From assembly GCF_009914755.1 (NCBI RefSeq), contig NC_060933.1: a DNA stretch of 64,000 nucleotides, one strand, 5' to 3'. Below the pieces are notes generated by a model. That model was not told the origin of the DNA. It saw only the letters and a program-made list of their open reading frames with translations, and did no database searches. Source of the DNA: the human T2T-CHM13v2.0 reference genome, Homo sapiens. Made by a program: the position numbers and the translations under genes. Positions 21,847 through 64,000 of this stretch are shown piece by piece (position 1 is the first letter of the stretch; each line of letters starts with the position of its first letter).

Positions 21847-23604
21847 TTCATAGAGAGGTGACTAGAAAAGATGTTTAAAAAGATTCCTTGAGGTCAATAA
21901 TAATTTTTTAAAGGTTGATAAATGCCGCTGTAATTCTTTTGAGTGTTTCTTTCCCTTGCCTCAGGTAGTTTCATGCACTTTGTTACACACTGAAGGGCGA
22001 CCCTCTCCAGATTTGCAAAGTTTTCTCCAATGCAGCTCTTTCCTCGCCGGTACTCTATCCTGCAATCTCTAGCCACCTTCGTGTACCTGAACTCTCAGCA
22101 ACAGCTACTCCATTCAGAGACTTGCTAGGCTTCCTTAAGCTATCTATCTCCATTGTCACTGCTGTCTCAAATTCTCTCAAGTTGTAAGCTGGGATACTCA
22201 CAGCACACATCTTATGTTTCCTGTCTTTCAGGGATTACATTCCGTGCCTCATGTCCAGTGTACTGAAAACCATAGTTTCATATATTTTGTCTGGTTTGAG
22301 GTTGTTTCATGCAGGAGGGTTAGAGGGTAAATATGCTCCCTATTACTCCATCTTAGCCAGAAGTAAAATAAGAAAAAGAAATATATGTAAGTATAAACAC
22401 ACATACACATATATATATGTATGTATATAACACACATGAATCATATCCTAAAGATTTGGAACAAGAAGTAAATTTAGCTATCAATTATGTTTACTCACTG
22501 CAGATTAAGATGAACATTGTAGATTGGAGCATATTATGGGAGCAAGGCAACCTGTAGAATTGGTCAGGAACTAGACATCTCAGGACCTGCATTCTAACCC
22601 ATTTTTGTCAGTAATTATCTGTGTAATGTTTTCTCAAAGCAGTGAAGGCCTTTGTGAATTTTGCAAAAATGGGGACAATTATATGTTTTACCTCATTGGC
22701 TTGCTTAAGGAGTTAAAATGTGATATGAGTCATACAAAGTGCTCATGCAGTCACAGAGGTTCTATTTTAAGGGCTTTCTTAAATTTTTAGGTACCATCAC
22801 AAGCTAGCTAAGTTAGAAATTTTCATATCGCAAAATCTAAAAGTTCATCTTATGATTTTAAACATTTTTATTCACAGAGCAAATGCAACCATGTGAACCT
22901 CACATTTTAAAATATATAATGGCACAATAAAATGCAAAAATATAATTTTAGGTCATAACCTATAGGCAATAAACTATGTTATCATTTTGTAAAAAAAATA
23001 CCACAGGAAGTAGTGCTTCAGTACATTTTCCCGACGATATGATTAATCCATAATAAATTCTGCTACTACTCCTAGTAATGGCAACTTTATGTAACCTTCT
23101 TAAGGTTACATTTGCACTTAAGTATACCAACTTAAACCGTGAGTGGCTGTTCTGACAACACATCAGCAATGAACTTAGCCTGAGCTACATCCATTGGGAG
23201 TGATGTGAAGGAAGAGAAAAGCGTTGGACTCTATGATATTTAATGTCTTTACCAATAGAAAAGCTCTGTAATTCTTAGAATTCAATTTTTTAATTAAAAA
23301 ATTGGTTCTCTCTTTACACATAATTGCCAAAACAGTGTTTACAAATACTTTCATCTTGCCCCAGATTGGCCAATGAGGTAGTAGGTTAAACAGCCAATTC
23401 ATCATGTTTTGATTTAAAATGTGTCCATATCATTCTTCCCCAAATTCAAGTATATTTTAATAATCCATTTCTGTTACTTATATTATGGATTCAAGAATAA
23501 ACTAAGCAAATGGATCATTTGTTTGCCTTCCAGTTATACATGAAGAAATTAATGTTTTATTAAAGAAAAAAGCCATCAAAATCAATTTTCCATCTGCACT
23601 CTTT

Positions 23605-24220
23605 TATTTGTTGCAATACTGTTTATAACAGCTAAGATTTGGAAACACCCTAAGTGTTCATCAACAGATGAATGAAGAAAATGTGGTTCACATACAAAAT
23701 GGAGTACTCTTCAGCCATAAAAGAGAATGAGATCCTGTCACTTGCGACAGCATGGATGGAACTGGAGGTCATTATGTTAAGTGAAATAGGCCAGGCATAG
23801 AAAGACAAACATTGCCATGTTCTCATTTATTTGTGGGATCTAAAAATCAAAACAACGGAATTCATGGATATAGAGTAGAAGGATGGTTAGTAAAGGCTGA
23901 AAAAAGTAGTAGACAGCTGAGATAATGGTGGGGCAGAGGTGGGGATAGGTTAATGGGTACAAAAAAAGTAGAAAGAATGAGTAAAACTTACTATATGATA
24001 GCACAATAGGGTGACTATAGTCAATAAAAACTTAACTGCATATTTTAAAATACAGAGTGTAATCAGGTTGTTTGTAACACAAAGGATAAATGTTGAGGGG
24101 ATGGATACCCCATTCTCCATGATGTGCTTATTTCACAGTGCATGCCTGTATCAAAACATTTCATGTACTCCATAAATATATACACCTAGTATGTACACAA
24201 AAATTAAAAAATAAAAAAGA
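23605..24220 (+). mobile_element. L1MA 3' end (L1MA1-3-like)
   Basis: ggatggaactggaggtcattatgttaagtgaaata ... gggatggataccccattctccatgatgtg ... A-rich tail. Confidence 0.85.
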
Positions 24221-26170
24221 TTTCCCATCAAATATTCTTTCAGAGAAGATGTGAACAAAGATCCAGAATTATTGGTCAGTCTAGGCAAACAGTATCAAAC
24301 AGCCTAATATGATTTTCTCCTCTGCTAAATAATACTGGGAAGGCAGGAAGGTGGGCTTCTCTATGGATTGAAGTTAAGAGAGAGAAGTGCCAGGAGTTCA
24401 GTCCACGCATGACAACTTACTAGTACTGCCTACTTGAAGAGATTAGCTCTTACAACCTTATCTTTGTCTCATCTATAAAACTGAGGGAGCAGGTTAAAAA
24501 AATCTTACATGTTAATACATGACTTATCCTACTCCATGTCTCTATTACAATGAAAGATCATACACAGTCTGGAAGAAAATGTTAAATTTACTGTGACTTT
24601 TCACAGTAATAGAGACAGAGTAATAGAGACACGGGGTAGAATATGTCACGTATCAGTAGTAACTACTATCAAAGTATGTTAAGTTTATGCCGTAATAATG
24701 ACTTTTAGTAAACAATGAAGATTTACAGTGATTTCCTAAGGTGAATTTGGACAAAAATATTGAGATAATACCACTCACCAGTGTCACTATTTTACAGAGA
24801 TAAGCCTTCAATGTCACATGAACCACTCTATTTTTAATATTAGAATTCTGAAGTTTTTAAGCATCAGAATCTTCAGCTTTCTCAAATGAAGAATGGTAAT
24901 TATATGCTATTTTCTTTTTTAATTTGAAGAAAAAAGTTGGGAAATTATTATGCTTTTACTTTTATGTTACAAAAGGGTGTTACTTGCAACTAGCATCTAT
25001 GTATCTAAATAACGTTTAGTGACTTAATTCTCTGCAACAGTAAAAAGTACTCAATTTAGATTTTAGTAAGTTGACTGTTAGATGGTTGCTCTTTGGCAGA
25101 AGTTTAAATATATATATTCATAGATATTTTTACATCTAGCAATCAGTAAATATTTATCTCTTTTTCTTGCACTTTGCATTTAATAATTTAAAAGGAAAAA
25201 TTTAACAGATGATAAATATCAAACCAAAAAAGTCAACAAATCTTAATAATCTCAAAATATACAAGGGCAAAGTGATACATAAACCAATACAGAATACATT
25301 TGTCTGCACATTTTTGCATAAATTTTAAAAAGCATATAATTCTGTAATTTTAATTTTATAGAGCTTTCCCTAAAATATTTTTTATTTTATTTAAAAATGA
25401 GTTTATTTTCAAATAAGAAGATTAAGTCTAAAAATCAGTGCAAAAGATTGATGGTGATGATGTATCAATGCAATTTGATGCATCCGTTTCGCTGTCTTGC
25501 AAAAGGTGCAGTGACCAATGGGCTGTCTGTACTCTCAATACAGATGTAGTATTCTGAGAAGAGATCATTTGTTAAGAGCGGATTTAAGACAGAGAGTGTA
25601 TTCATTCTTTCAAAAATAACACATACGAATTTCCATAACAAGATGGAAATTCATTTACGTAACAGTAACGCTGAATCAATATATTTTCAGCTTGCCCTGA
25701 TGTGGAAGAAATATACCATCTCATTAGTCCTTGGTAGGCAGTTGGTATCTGGAATATGAAGAGTGTAGCATCATTGCTTTTATGTAATTGGTTTATTGAA
25801 TCCAAATGGTGGTTCCATGCATTATCAAATAACCACTGCTTCAATACTAGTCCCTGGAACTGTCTCCATAAAGTTAATTCCAATCCTTTGCTGTCTTAGT
25901 GTGTATGTAAACCTTAATGAGACATGTTCCAGTTAACTGCACATATTCAATTTTGGGTAATCTATGGGAATTTGGCCCCATGGTCATAAACCTGTGATCA
26001 GACTGGCAGATTTAATAAACATCATGTAAATGCTAACTTAACTTGGAGTGAACAGTCTTCAGTTTACATTCCAAAAGTGATTAGATGAAAGGATAATACA
26101 CAATGATATTTATGCCTAGAGCAGTTCAAAATTTAGAAAAGGAATTAGTGATCTTCAGTTAAGCTATTTT

Positions 26171-26176
26171 TTTAAT
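26171..26176 (-). terminator. Candidate proximal poly(A) signal (ATTAAA), ~1.1 kb 3' UTR
   Basis: tttaat on + strand; UGUA (tgtaca 26194-26199) upstream in transcript orientation. Confidence 0.5.
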
Positions 26177-27276
26177 AAATTGAAAAGATGTTCTGTACAA
26201 CATAATAGAGTCATAGGAAATCAAAAGCATATCAGTAACAACTTTTAGAAAAAGAAATGAATGATAAAGAAAAACAGATATGACCTCTCAATATCTTGGG
26301 GAAGTAAGTTAGGATGATGTTTCATTCACGTCTTAATGATATAAATAAAGGATAACTCTGTGTAAGAAGTATTGTTTGTATCTGGTGGTAAATTTAGTTA
26401 AAAACATAATCACAAGTTACAAAAACTGTAATTACAAATTACAAAGAAAAACAGGCAGACAATCTTGTATTGACATCCTCTTGCATCTTGTTACCTACCA
26501 ATGTTCTGTTCCATTATAAAATTCAATACTAAAATTTCATAGCTAACATTCAATATTAATTTCAACATTAAAATGTATCAAAATCATTAAAAACAGTCAA
26601 TTAGAAAAAGCAATACACCAAAAATAATGGTAGTGTTTCCAGGCTTCAACTGTGTTGTATTAACCATCACACAGGAGAATAAAAGGGCTGTGAATTTTAG
26701 ATAGGCCACTTGGCTCTGGATTCCAGGACTATGGAAATGCCAGTGAAGGTAGTCCAAGAAGCATTTCTTGTTTTATAAATATCAGCAGAGGACCAAAAAA
26801 AGGGATCCCAGATATGTTTTCAAGTAACAAAAAACATTAAAGTGCAATTTTGTCTTTTACATCTGAACAAAAGTTCTGTCATTTTTAAAAAATAAAGTAG
26901 GGCCACAGCTTTATAGCCATTTTCTCATCTAAAACCCCACAATTATTAACACAGATCAAACTGCAGTTTTGGAAGAGAGCCTTTGGACGGGGAAACTACT
27001 GAACAGTGATGAATGGCCATACCTAATTCATTGTTTGGAAATTGATGTGGAGGACTGTGTTTCACCGAGGGAGAAAGGGACCTCCCAGAGGCTCCGAGGC
27101 TGCAGGTCTTCAGCCAGGTGACAGCACTGCACCTGCTTGTGTGCACCCTGATGGCAACAGCAGGGAAGTCCACAGTCACGATGATAGAGACAGCCACAGC
27201 TGCCAATCAGAAGACTCGCTCTTTCTGGTTTTCATGGACTGCGTTTTGCACATCGAGCTCACTGTTTAGAGCTGTC

Positions 27277-62708
<35,432 letters not shown>

Positions 62709-62844
62709 TTAAAATTATTCTGATTAACATACGGGCAAAATTAACTCTGATCTCTTATCTCAATTTGAAACCAACATCATAGAGCTTAACAGAATACTTA
62801 ACATTTTCAATATTTTGAGAGCACAGAGACTACCATGAATCTAA

Positions 62845-63165
62845 ATCAGGGATGGGCAAACATTTTGTGTAAAGGACCATACAGCAAGCTATCTTAGCTC
62901 AGCAGGCCATGCAGCTTCTCACAGCAACTACTCAACTCTGCCACCAAAGTGTGAAAGCAGCCACAGACACAGGCATGGCTGGGTTGCAATAAAAATTTAT
63001 GGATATGAAATCTGAATTTCATACAAGTTTTATAAGACATGAAATATTCTTTTTATTTTTCAACCTTTTAAAAATGTAAAGAAAACATTCTTAGCTCACT
63101 GCCATGCAAAAATAGACTAGTGGTCTGGATTTCACCCAAAGCAAGAGGTTATCAACTCCTGACCC
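62845..63165. mobile_element. MER58-like DNA transposon
   Basis: cagggatgggcaaac...gtaaagg; caactactcaactctgcc; gcagccacagac. Confidence 0.75.
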
Positions 63166-63454
63166 GTTTGCCAATTCCTGATCTAAATGATTACAGAGAA
63201 GGGGAAAAATCAAGAAGGTAACTTCCCTTCTAAAATTGTCTTAGAATAATATCTAAGTGATTATTCATTACAAATAAAAATAGTAACACTGGATTTAGAT
63301 ATTCATTTTGCAGAATATTAATTTATCATTATTTTTTAAAGTCCTTTTATGATTACTGGGTATTTCTTTCCTTGTTAACTTTGTAAATGCAAAATGAATC
63401 CCACAGATTCAAAACCAAATACATACTACACCCTTATAAGTAATACATAGACTA

Positions 63455-63846
<392 letters not shown>

Positions 63847-64000
63847 TCAAACAGACATTGTCCTGGGAATTGAGGACACAGAGTAAAAAATATATTTTAG
63901 TCTCTGCCTTCTGAAAGCACACAGCCTATTGAATACCATGAGTATTAATTATGTGACTGGGAAAATAAATGCACACGTCTGGGTCCAATACAAAGAGACC

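Noticed and set aside
25454-25557. C/D box-like pair (GTGATGA...CTGA) on the + strand
   Set aside because: No terminal stem, antisense to the gene and not intronic; expected by chance.

Overview
Primate (human-like) genomic DNA, AT-rich and dense in Alu, L1 and LTR repeats. The minus strand carries the last ten coding exons (presumed exons 15-24) of a contactin-associated protein-like 3 gene. This is CNTNAP3 or one of its near-identical paralogs (CNTNAP3B/C). All ten exons have canonical GT-AG boundaries and splice into one open frame: end of the fibrinogen-like domain, LamG, EGF, LamG, transmembrane helix, and a short tail ending ...SKKEEC*. About 27 kb lies downstream of the stop codon, containing the 3' UTR and intergenic DNA with a decayed ~5.6 kb L1PA. 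The most notable observation is an uninterrupted Caspr4-like C-terminal tail ([25 protein letters not shown]) overlapping the stop codon in the +1 frame, just after an A7 run. This suggests the present C-terminus arose by a frameshift. Other points: a CpG island on exon 22 with an internal in-frame ATG, intron read-through stops that would give TM-less isoforms, and a strong distal poly(A) site implying a ~9 kb 3' UTR with an inverted Alu pair. I see no evidence for a wholly new biological system. Repeat boundaries and subfamilies were assigned by eye and are approximate; exon numbers and paralog comparisons are from memory.
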